A program made the position numbers and the translations under genes. Positions 38,242 to 49,808 of a DNA stretch of 64,000 nt are shown piece after piece. The notes under the pieces were generated by a model that was not told the origin of the DNA, ran no database searches, and was given only the letters and a program-made list of their open reading frames with translations. Location of the stretch: the NCBI GenBank assembly GCA_030295235.1, contig AP026138.1, forward strand, positions 620,001 through 684,000. The letters are read 5' to 3'. This DNA comes from Fistulifera solaris. Its lineage: Eukaryota. Every line of letters begins with the position of its first letter. Position 1 is the first letter of the stretch.

Positions 38242-40496
38242 ATGTCGGAAGTTGAGGAAGGAAAGGCGCCAACAACAACGAGCAAACGTCTCCAATCGAG
38301 CCACAGCAGTGGAATGGAGAGCTCGATTTTGCGTTTCAAGGATGTCAATTTCATCGTTGGAGCGGGTGATAAGACGAAGAATATCTTGACGGACGTTTCG
38401 GGGACCGTACGATGGGGGCGTAAGTCGAACATAGATTTGTAGGTCGTTTTGTATTACAAACTCGTCCGAAATTCTCACTCTTGTGTGCGTCGGGACGAAC
38501 AGGCGTTTTGGCTATCATGGGTCCGTCGGGAGCCGGTAAGGTAGGTCAACGTCTTCAATAGCATCATTCTCCTTTTCTATTCAACAGCTAACTCTCTAAC
38601 GATACCTCAATCTTCCAAATATCCTCTTAGACGACGCTCATTAGTTTGTTGACACTCGATGCGCTCTACGGTAGAGCCGTCGGTAAAGTGACCCTCAACG
38701 GTGTTCCCCTGACGGATCAGATTTTCCGTGAACATTGCTTTGTTGTCAAGCAGCATGACAAACATTGGCCCTACTTGACCTGTCGCGAAACACTCCGTTA
38801 CGCTGCGGAACTCTACGATGTGGCGGCGTCGGAAGATATTGACGCCGTCGTCGAAGAGATCATTCAAAAGATGGGTCTGGTGACCGCCGCGGACACCCGA
38901 AATTCCAGTATGAGTGGCGGACAGCGTCGGCGTTTGTCGATTGGAATTGCTCTGCTCAAGCAGCCTACTCTTCTCTTTCTCGATGAACCGACCAGTGGAC
39001 TGGTACGTATCTTGAGTACTGCCGATAAGTGATTTTTCATATACATTTGATCTAACTTCGTTTTTGTTTAGGATGCCGCATCGTCCTCGAACATTATGCA
39101 AGAGATCGTCCGTGTCGCAAAAGAAGAGCGCATCATTATTGTTTGCACCATTCACCAGCCCTCTACAAAGGTACGTGATACGAGATTCGTATCGACTAGA
39201 TAAGTGCTTTTCATTGACTCAGCGCGAACATTGGTACCAGGTCTACAATAGCTTTGATCAGCTGATGATTATGTCTCGTGGCCGAGAAGCCTTTAGTGGA
39301 GATGTCAAAGAAGCGCTACCTTATTTCGAAAGTATCAACTTCCCGTGCCCACCGGCGACCAACCCAGCTGAATACTTTTTGGATCTTGTCAACTCTGATT
39401 TCTCGGATGAAAAAGTCATCACCGAAATTTTGGATACCTGGGAAGAAAGGCGTCCTAGCGCTGGCTCGTCCCATCACAAGAAAGGATTCGGCGATGATGA
39501 AGAAGGTCAAGAAGGTGTAACGAAAATGAAACGAGCACCGCTTCGGAAAGAGATGGCAATCATGTTTCGCCGTCATGCACTTATGATGCAGCGAGACCCT
39601 ATTCTTTACATTGGCCGGTGCTTTGTTTTTCTCACGACCAACTTAGTCTTTGCCATTGTCTACTGGAATGGAAGGGACTACACTCAAGATCAAGCCATTA
39701 ACAAGTTTTGGGTGGCTCTCTGGTAAGTTCTATGTGTGCACATCTCCATCTCCCTGAAGTAGTTTCTGATCGATAATCACTTTCTTGTCTCTCAGGTTTA
39801 TTGGTGTACCTTCTAACATGGGGGTAGTTGCGGTGTACGCTCTCAACGATGAGTTCAAGTCCATTCTTCGTGAGAGCAAGAATGGCATGGTCACAGGTTT
39901 CAGTTATGTTCTGGCAAAAACTATCCTCGTCTTGCCCATGTTCTTCATTTTTGCACTGTTCGCTCTTGGTATTCCCGCTTTTGCCATTCAAGATAACGAA
40001 CCGAAAGGGTTTGGAGCTCAAATCATCCTTTTCGCTGCATGCATGTTTTCGTTCGAATCTGTCGCAGAAGCGCTTGCCGTCTGGTTCGAAGACCCAATCA
40101 TTGGTATGCTTCAGTTCATGAACTTTTGGTTTGGTGCTTTTTTTGTTTGGCGGATTTCTCATTGCTCCGGATGACATGTACTGGCCTTTCCGTTTGTTTT
40201 ACTACATCATGCCGTATGGGGCATATGCGAGAAGCACGGCATACGAAATCTTTGCGCATGCCACGTTTGAACCATGCGACCGAGCGACGAATCAGCTTTC
40301 GGCAATTTGTATCCCCGAGACGGATGGTGTGAAGGTGCTTGGTGAATTGAGTAAAGTGTTCCCTTTGCTGTCCAGCGATGACAACTTCATCGCTGATTTG
40401 GTCGCGATTCTTGCGATTGGGGTCTTCTACAAAATACTTTACGTCGTCGGAGCTCTTTACAAGTCGACTTTGGTTGCCAAGATTCACGAGAAGTAA
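38242..40496 (+). CDS. ABCG (White-family) half transporter, multi-intron
   Basis: Walker A GPSGAGK|TT split by an intron, signature MSGGQRRRLSI, Walker B LFLDEPTSGL|D, TIHQPS, NPAEY, C-terminal TM domain. Confidence 0.93.
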
Positions 40497-40652
40497 ATGG
40501 AAGTGGTAAACATATCGTTTATTTGTCAGGTTTACAGACACAGTGCATCTGCATCATCAACGCGTGGCATTTCACTATGGCACAAGGCGACGCGTCCGTT
40601 TCAATCAAATAAATATGTAAAAACTCTATTTAGCGAAAATGAAAACGTCTTC

Positions 40653-41690
40653 TTACTTTTTTTAATTGCTGAAATCGAGCCGCCAGATCTGCATACGAAG
40701 ATGTCATACCCGTAGCCGTGGAAGCACCGCTCGGAGAGGCGGACGGTGCCGATGGCGGCATGCCGGGTTCATCGCCACCGTCTTCCTCATCATCGCTTTC
40801 TCCACTTATTGTACTGACACCCGTGGATTTTCCATTGGAGTTTAGTGCCGCCGGTACGGTAATTTCCGGCTCGGTCTCGCTGAAGTTATTGGACAAAGAG
40901 GGTGGGACGTATGGCGCAATGCGAGGTACAGAGACAAACGTCGGTGACGATTCACTACCGTGAGCTTTTGAACTAACATCATCCACAACGATACCCAAGC
41001 CAGTTCCCTGTGCTATTCCCACAGAATATCCAAAAGGTGCAGCCATGGGTTGGGAGAGTTGTGCCGCAGTTAGTTTCAACTTGGGCGACCAGTCGACTTC
41101 GTGCTGTTCACAAATTCGCTCCAAGTATATTTGCACCAATGCAGCTGCTGGAGGCTCCACCGATAGTTTATGGACTACTCTTTGGTTCAAAACATTCCCC
41201 GCGTTCTGTAAAGCCCGCTCTTCGAACTCTTTTCCGTACTTCGCTTTGAATTGTTTGCGGATGAGGACAAGTTCGGGTATATCCACTCTATGCGAAGCCC
41301 ATATGATAGTTGACACCACCGTTACCAAATCATTCGGACAGTCTTTACTGTATTCAATGAGTTTCATACGCTCGTAAAGTAGTTCACAGTTCAACTGCAA
41401 TATCTCGTAAGCCTCGATGAGATAGTCGTCACGAATGAGCGCTTCGGCCCGGATCCTCGCTTTCTCTTCTTTCGGTGGGTCTTCGGCCAGCATTTTCGCG
41501 ACTTCCCTCAGATTTTGTTTCTGTAGTGCTGCTTTCTTGTTAGAAGCTATTTGAATCCTACCCACTGCCATTTTTAATTCTGGAAGAAGTGATGTTAGAA
41601 GGAAAGCAAGACGAAATTCAAGGCGCGATTGTCGACATTATGCTACGCACCTGGTTTCAGCTTCTTTGCGTTGAAGCCACCACCAAACAT
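40653..41690 (-). CDS. IST1: IST1 (ESCRT-III / Vps4 regulator); intron ~41580-41650
   Basis: MFGGGFNAKKLKPE|LKMAVGRI..EEKARIRAEALIRDD..EL..IRKQF..KYGKEF; C-terminal MIM-like YADLAARFQQLKK (stop recovered by removing one A). Confidence 0.92.
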
Positions 41691-41848
41691 ATTGACTCGT
41701 TAATTTCTCAAAGTGAAAGATGGAAAATTATGTGATTACCCGTACCTGGTAGGTAGATCCTTTAGGTAATTAATGATAGCAACATGAAAAAATAGAAACA
41801 CGAATTAAAAAATAATCATGCCGCGCGCAGTGCAAAAAAATGCAACAC

Positions 41849-42625
41849 GATCGACACATTGAAAATCCACTATGAAACAGAGTGTTGGTTTACGCCAGCC
41901 AAGACTGGATTGTACAGTAGTCATGAACCGAACAAAAAAGAATTTCGTTTTGCGTCTCTCGCATCCGTCCATTGTCATTCAACTGCGAATATAATTATGA
42001 TTACGGGTAAGTAAAGTCACAACAATGATGATTTTGAACCCGTTCTTAAGAGTTTCTTTTATTTTCACGCAAAAAATCCGAGGATCCCACACCTCAAATT
42101 TCCACTATCAAACGGAGTGTTAGTTTACGCCAGCCAAGACTGGATTGTAAAGTATTCATGGACCGAACAACAAAGGGTTCCGTTTTGCGTCTCTCGCGTC
42201 CGTCCATGGTCATTCAACTGCGAATATAATTATATTTATAGGTAAATAAAATGGCAACAATGATGATTCTGAACTACTTGTCAGGAGTTTCTTTTAGTTT
42301 CACGCCAAAAATTCGTGGATCGACACCTTGAAATGCCACTATGAAATAGAGTGTTGGTTTACGCCAGCCAAGACTGGATTGTACAGTAGTCATGAACCGA
42401 ACAACAAATGGTTACGTTTTTCGTCTTTCGCATCCGTCCATTGTCATTCAATTGCGAGTCTAATTATAATTACGGGTAAATAAAGTCGCAACAATATAAT
42501 TTTGAACTGCTTGTTAAGAGTTTCTTTTTTTTCAAGTCGAAAATCCGAGGATCGACACCTTGAATTTCCACTATGAAACGGAGTGTTGGTTTAGGCCAGC
42601 CAAGACTGGATTGCAGTCATGAAAC
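41849..42625. repeat. ~234-bp tandem array (3 full units plus a partial fourth)
   Basis: gccagccaagactggattg at 41894, 42129, 42363 and 42595. Confidence 0.95.
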
Positions 42626-42656
42626 ACAATTGTATTTTTAATAGTTGTCGCGATTC

Positions 42657-42744
42657 CGAAATAAGGCAGTGGTGTAAAATTATGACTACAAGTGTTACAT
42701 CTACCACGGAGGCTTCCCCGTCTGTACTACACTCGGTTATTTCG
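42657..42744 (-). repeat. 3' LTR (88 bp), preceded on the minus strand by the polypurine tract GTGAGGGGA(C) at 42745-42754
   Basis: CGAAATAAGG...GGTTATTTCG, base-for-base identical to 49364-49451. Confidence 0.93.
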
Positions 42745-43045
42745 GTCCCCTCACGATGAGACCCGAGCTAGGGCTTCAACGTGTCCTTCATAACCGATAA
42801 ACCCTTATTTCATGGAAAAAACAACATAAAAACCATGACGATTCATTCATCGAATCCATCCTTCATCATGTGGAAAATACATCAAAACCACACATCGACT
42901 TGTCCGTGGAAAATACGTCAAAACCACGTATCAAACTTGAAACTTCAATCACTGTACCTGGACGAAAACTTATCCCCAGGAGGCTCATCCCATCGGAATA
43001 GTAAACATAACTACCCAACCAGTGCATCGGGACCTATCGCCTGCA

Positions 43046-46000
43046 TCACTGATGTAAAATACGCTTCACCAGTGGATCTCGTACATTCCCAGCTTGAATC
43101 TTCGTCAGAATATCTGCCAAATTCGCCTTCAGAGGCTCGTAGGATACATCAACAATACCCATCGCAACTCGGCCACGCATATAGTGATATGCCACCGAAT
43201 TGGACTTCTTCTTCAGAACTGATTCAGGAATACTCGAGTTCTTGATCACCGACATATTGTCACCTTTGACAACCGCAGGATCTTCTACCGGCACACCCAT
43301 CATCTGTAGTTTGTACCGTAGACCTTCGATTAACTCGACCGCCGTTTTCATAGCACTAAACTCAGCACCAAATGTCGACGTCTCAATCGAAGTTTGCTTC
43401 TTGCTGTACCATACTGTCAATGACCTGTTCAAATAGATCAAGACACCTGTACGGAACGACGAGTAACATGGTCACCCGCCAAGTCAGCATCAACGAAACA
43501 CGTTATTTGCACAGGCTTACCCAATGGCTTTGGACAATCCGTCGGAATCATAGGCTTAGCATCTCGGTAAAAGTCATTCCAATCAGGTCTAGGTTGTCTG
43601 GCGTGCTCGACATACGAAGGATCGAACACAATCTTAGACCTTTCATGTGACTTCAAATATGCAAAGACATGCACAACCGCAGCTAGATGGCCTTTCCTTG
43701 GCATCGCACTGTGAGACGCAAGCATCGAAACTTCACCACAAATATCAACTCTTCCAAGCTCGACCATCCAGCGTAAAACCCCTATTTGCGAGTGATAAAA
43801 CTGGATTTCGTCGTCATCGCACTCCGGCGATATGTCAAGCTCCGGACGGTACTTCGGTGGTAAAACACTTGACGCCTTCTTCGGGTAAAGCCTCATCTCG
43901 CTTTTCCAACCAAAGACAAACGTTTCGTATTGCTTCCTTCACATATTCATTCGAACTCATCGACCAACAAGGCTTTTCATCACCCAGGAATTGATGCTGA
44001 CCAATCGTCGAACCCAAGTAGCGAGTTGGCTTGCCTATCGAACCTTCTTTCAGAAGAAAGTGTTGATCAAGCTTGTATAGAATAGCTTCCGGCGCCGCAG
44101 AAACACACAGGATGTCATCCGTATAGACCAATACCAACTCGTAGTAACTAGTCCCATCCGCTTTCTGTGCCGGCCGTATCCATACATCGTTATCCGCTCG
44201 ACAAGGTGTAAAACTCAACGACTCATGCAAACACTCACTCAGATATGACCTCCACGCAGCTCCAGAACTCTTCAGTCCGTAAAGAGCTTTCACGATTTTC
44301 GCCTTTCGACCTTTGAACTGTGGACCAAATTCGGCACCGCAAATAATAAAGATTCGTTCTCGAACTGGTGCATTCAAGTACGCATTTCCAATATCTGCCG
44401 CCATAATGTCCAAATCGTTCAATGCCGCGAAGTAGGAAGGCAATCCGCACGCTTCTCTCGATACAACACTAGCATAGGTAATCGAGCTCGGCGGATCCGT
44501 CATGTGTCCCCCCTGCTACGAAGGGCCTTCCGTGTGAAATCTGGTTTTATATCAAAAACCATGTGAACCCCAATCTTGGTAAAACCAGCAGGATCGGGAG
44601 CGTCTTCGTCAAGGATCTGAAACGCCTTAGCTACCGCACGCATCTCTTCGCAATCGCCGCTTCCAAAAAGTCAGTTCCCGTGAGCGATCAATCGCCAATG
44701 CTTCTTCAACTGTCTTTGGCAATGCGATCCCATATTTCTGAGTAACACGAAAGTAGCGCTTAGCCATCGCTTTGATGATCCTGGTCCTTCTCTTGAGCGT
44801 GTAGGGAACCCACCATGAGAAAGCAGGCTCCTCAGCAATCTGTCTCGCAACAGCAAATTCCGCTAACTGTAAAGGGTGAGACTGCTTTAGGTCTTTCAGT
44901 TTCTCCCAAGTAGTAGTGCCATCATTCCATAGACAACACAGTTTCCATCCCTTGGTAGTCCGCTTAGGATACTTTCGGTTGTTGTGGATCACGAATGCCT
45001 CTTCATGCGGAACCGCGCACAACTCTTTCTTGTAGTCCACTATTTCCTTTAGGACATAACTCGCACGCCCATGGTCATCGACTTCGGCATAGATGGCTTC
45101 AGCGATCTGATTCGCATGATAAGCCTCCACTTCACCCGTATCAAATTCAATCTCATACAGAGCGGTATCGAGCAAAGGGTTAGGATGGTACCGGCCAATA
45201 GGATTCCCGTCTTGATCGTGCTTCCGACCTTTAACCGTACCGTACGACATCGAGTCCCCTTGGCGGAAGCATTACCCTTGCCGAGATATATTGATTGTAT
45301 GAATCGTAATCAAACTCATCAGCTTCCTTAATCTCGGGAACTTCGGGATCTTGCGACTCGGTCGGAACATAGTATTCCAACTCTGGGGTGCGCTTCGTCT
45401 TCCGGTATCTCGGTTGGATCCAAGGGCATGGCTCGGTCCTTCAGCTTTTGCTCCAACGTCTGCGTGAACTTTGCCTTTAACTCAGCAACGGCTTGGCTAT
45501 TCTGTTCCTCAACTGACAAAGGGAAAACACTTGTGCGGGAAATCGGTCGACCAGAAGCGGGTAGGATCCTAGCACATAGGACATCACCGACATCGGAAAC
45601 TGGGACCAACGTATCTTCCAAGATGCTTCCTTTCCATATTTTCGTCTTGAGGCGAGATAAACCAAACCCAATCATACCAACCGAACTCACAAATGTGTGA
45701 AATATCAGCGGTGTCCCCTGTCAAAAGCGTCATGCACTTCACCATCTAACTGTCTTATGGAAAGACAAGAGTGGCTCCGAACATACGCGTGGTAGACCAA
45801 ACATAGGTCCCATAGACAACGTGGGGAATTCGTGCGAATCATAGCACGCCCTATACATCCTTTTCAATTCACGAATGCCGTCTTCAGCGAGGGTTGGCGT
45901 TGGGCGTGCTTCGATCGGCCTAATGGTCGCTTGCACTCGTTAAGCCTTTCGCTTAAACTCTCCTGCTGTCAACTCTCCGGCATTGTCTGGAATTAAAGTG

Positions 46001-48478
46001 TGAGGGACTCCGACGCTGACGAAACAAATTGTCAAGCGTGTAATGGGCATCGCTTTTCTTTTCAATTGGGTCCACACATATCCAGTGAAAGGGGGTGCAA
46101 TACACAGCCGCATATTTGTTACCCAGCAGTGAGACACATGTACCGACCAGAATGTCGCAGTACATCTCCGTATTAAGCCGAGGATAACGCAGCTGGTAAG
46201 CAAATGGTTTGAGACGGCAGCGTTCCAGAGACTGTCGAGAAGTCCCGAATTGCCCGTTAAGGCCGTTCGCTGGAGCGTTCGCCTAGCCGTCTCGATCCCT
46301 ATACTCCATCGTTTTGCCAAATCTTCGGGTGTGACATATGCTTTCCGGTTCTTCGTTGAGATTGCGGCACTTGTAAGCGAAGCAGCATACGAATCGATGT
46401 CAAAAGCTGCCGAACCGCTCAGCTGAAATCACAGCAATCGAACGAGCTGGCGGGACAAACGTGCGCTCACTCGTAACCGAACCAAGCATCCTCTGTCCCC
46501 CTAAACGAATCTCAGAGTCAAGGGAAACACGCAATGAGTCCTCATCATGCTGGCGTGGTTAGAATCCATAGGATCCCAGAACGACTCGGAGGTGACGTTT
46601 ACATGGATGCAGTCAACGTCCGAGCTCAGTTCTTTGTCGGTCGGTCGGCGAGTGGGGAAATATGAAATAGTCCCCATCAGTTTCAAAGGAATCTGGAGAG
46701 CTGGCTCAGAAAACAAAATAGAATGGCTCTCCGGGTGACGTTGTTCCGAGGTAGGTGTAGGAGAGGAGTTTCATTCACAACGACTTGGTTGTGCCGAAGT
46801 TGAGCGGGGCTGATCAAGTGTCGATGCATGTTTGAAAAGTAGAGTGACTGGTGAAAGAACAAAACGTGGGTTTGCAGCGTCGTGGGGCAATCGTATGCAA
46901 CCGCGAACTGTACCAATGGGAACTTTGGTCACTTTCCCAAGAGAACTAATGAATGGTTCCACCGAAACTGTTTCACCGGGTATCATACACGAGAACCGCG
47001 TCTTTACCGAACGAGCAAGTATCACAGTGCGAGTCCAATTCAGCTCTACCAGGAGTCTGTTGTCGCATTGCCGCCGCGAACTCGCTGCACCGCCAGTCAA
47101 GGTCGTCGACTCATGCGGTTACCTGTCGACTCAACCACATCGTCACTATCGGAGTCAGCCGTCTCAACAGCTGAAGCATTTCGCTCTCGGACTTAGCCCT
47201 TTCACGAGCATTGCGAACTTCTTCCTGTTTCTCTTTCGGTAACTTGATCCACTCCTTCCATTTGTAGTACGGGACACCATCCTTGCCTCTCTTTGCTTTT
47301 CCGCCCTTTCCTTTACCAGATTTGCCGCCACCTTTCTTGTTGTTACCGCCAGAATTTCTGGTAACCGGAAGAAATGTTGCGAGTGGAACCACGGGTCTTT
47401 GCTGCATCTTGCTTCTTTCTATCAACCTGCTCAGCCAAGTAGTTCATCGCGTTTTCGAAGGTACTTTCCAACACAGCATCAGCCCGGACGCTCGACGCTC
47501 ATCTTTAGTTCATCTGCCCAGATGTTGTCTAGAAAGATTCGCACCTTCCTATCTTCAGTCATCACCTCACCCGCCTCTTCCAAGTCCAAGAAAGCCAAGT
47601 TAAGCTTCTGACAGTAGTCTTCAAAGGTGAAGTTACGCCTTTCCATCATAGAAGACTGTCGAAAGGACTCGGTCGGCATGAGCAATGTTGCGCTTCTGAT
47701 AAGAACGCCCCATATAGTGGGTCTTCAAGGCAAAATAAGCGGCGTCCATCCTTGCTGTAAGCAAAAGGCTTAACCCAATTCCAAGCTGGTCCACCGTGCG
47801 AAACCTGACGAATAACGAACGTTTGTCTTCTTCATACTGGTCTCCATCATGGCGAATGCGACGAACAAGTTCCGACATAGCATCAGGGACACCGAAACCT
47901 GGATCATCAACCCCTTCGATTCCATCGGGATCGACATGCTCCCGCACAAGGTACGACAAAGGCGCACCATAAGCTCCAAGGTGATTGCCAAGTACCTCGC
48001 CGATGTCTTCAATCGTCTTCCGAGCGTTTTCCACCTTCAACAACACATCGATCTTAGGAAGATCTTTGTTGGTCTCACGCATGCGAATGCGCTCGCAAAG
48101 TCCAAGCGCTCCAATCGAGCAAGAGTTGCAAAGCCAGGAACAAACTCGCTGCAAGCGGTGCAAGTGGAAAAGGAAGTAAGCTGACGAACACGGAGCTCAA
48201 GATTGACTCCGATCGCAATACCACGGTTCGGAATCATCGCAGGTACCATCGGTGCAGCCTCCGCTCCAACCGCAGGAGGGACAAAGGCTGGGTTTGGAAT
48301 CAAACCCCCAGGGTTTCGAATCTTCGTAAAGATCTCCTGAACGTACTTATCACTCCGGTGCGTCAAGTCGTCAAACGCTGGTAATGCCTTGGCCATTGAT
48401 GGCCTGACGAGCTGCCGCATCCTCAATAAAGAGGACATCTCGGAGGTAGTTGTTGAATGCAGCAAGATTGGCTGCCAT
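43046..48478 (-). CDS. Gag-Pol polyprotein of the copia element (fragmented by many 1-nt indels)
   Basis: Approximate domains: gag 47110-48478 (start MAANLAAFNNYL), PR 46500-47060, IN 45300-46350, chromo-like segment 44620-45300, RT 43835-44600, RNase H 43046-43520. Confidence 0.88.
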
Positions 48479-49363
48479 CGTAAACAAGGAGAAAGGAGAG
48501 AAAGTTCACAAATCGGAATGCGAGGGAGATAAAAACGAAACGACGTTTTCTTTTCTTTTTGTGTGCGAAACTGCATCGTCGCTAAAACGTTTGCACGAAA
48601 TTCCGACCCCTTTACTCTCCCTTCGAGAGTGTTGTTTACTGTAGGGAACTCCAGTGTAAAGCGCCAAAAGTGCCCTTATGTACGTAAGGCCATTGTACAC
48701 ACTAGGCCCTACAGAACAATCGTCCACACCCTCATTTAGCTCTGAATCCGTTCATAGTCAAAAAAAAACAGATCGGCCTAAACAGTATAGAACACGACCT
48801 CGGACAGGCCAAAATACACGCACAACACGATTTCACTTGCGCAACTTCTCGCGAAATCCGACGATGTTGTGCTTTGACCGCCTCTGGAGGAAAAAACATC
48901 CCTCCACCATGAGGACTTCGCAACAATCGGGTGAATAATTCACTCATTTATGTATTCTAGCATTAAAGGTGTATTAGCATGTATACGAGGCGTCCCCCAT
49001 ATTTTACCGACAAGTGACATAATCACTGTGGTCCGATGCATCCATCGACAGAGCCAGAACTGTCAATAAAGGAAAGCAACGGTGCTTCATAAGCGCTAAT
49101 TACCTCACAAACCCAGCCATCTAATCAAGACATATGATTAACATGATGACTCCATGGGGTCGACCTATACATAAGGTCATGATCTCACATTTTCATGTGG
49201 ACAATTGTCGACTTCCGACAACGCCGAGATCATCTCCTTGACCACTCAAGCCCAACAGTTAGTAACACATACATAAGGAACATTACTCTTACGATATTAC
49301 CATTGTTTTCCTGTGTATTACATCGTTTCAGAGGGATTCATCGCGAAACCCCGGTTTTTAACC

Positions 49364-49451
49364 CGAAATAAGGCAGTGGTGTAAAATTATGACTACAAGT
49401 GTTACATCTACCACGGAGGCTTCCCCGTCTGTACTACACTCGGTTATTTCG
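49364..49451 (-). repeat. 5' LTR (88 bp), followed on the minus strand by the putative PBS GGTTAAAAACCGGG (49350-49363)
   Basis: Identical to 42657-42744. Confidence 0.93.
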
Positions 49452-49808
49452 ATTCGCGATGCCTTTCACAAAACCAAAACGTCGCCTTTGACATCACAAC
49501 AAAGCAATGTCGACTTCATTACCATCCTTTGTTCGTCCTCATTGTATTTTATACGCTAGGAGACCAAACCGTGTTCTTCACTTTCACGGTTTTCTAGCAA
49601 TTTTAACCCTCCAAAAGGGCCCCAATTTCGCCGGACGGGGTCTTAAAATGTGCCATAGTTCCCTGTACATCGCTTGGGTGGTCTATAATGGGCTCCTTGT
49701 GTCTAAGGCTTTAAGAAGCTTGAAAACATAAAGGCAGCCCCAGATGATTATCAGACGATATCAAGGCCGCGTTAAATCGAAGTTTCTATTAAATTATGTT
49801 CAGTCCTA

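Larger units (their letters stand above)
42657..49451 (-). mobile_element. Full-length Ty1/copia LTR retrotransposon (diatom CoDi-like)
   Basis: Identical 88-bp direct terminal repeats and a flanking (G)ATTC duplication. Minus-strand order is gag, protease (ELDSHCDTC), integrase (PDNAGE..AEDGIRELK), RT (ADIGNAYL, KALYGLKSSGAAW, VYTDD), RNase H (FVDADLAG, STFGAEF, NLADILTK). Confidence 0.96.
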
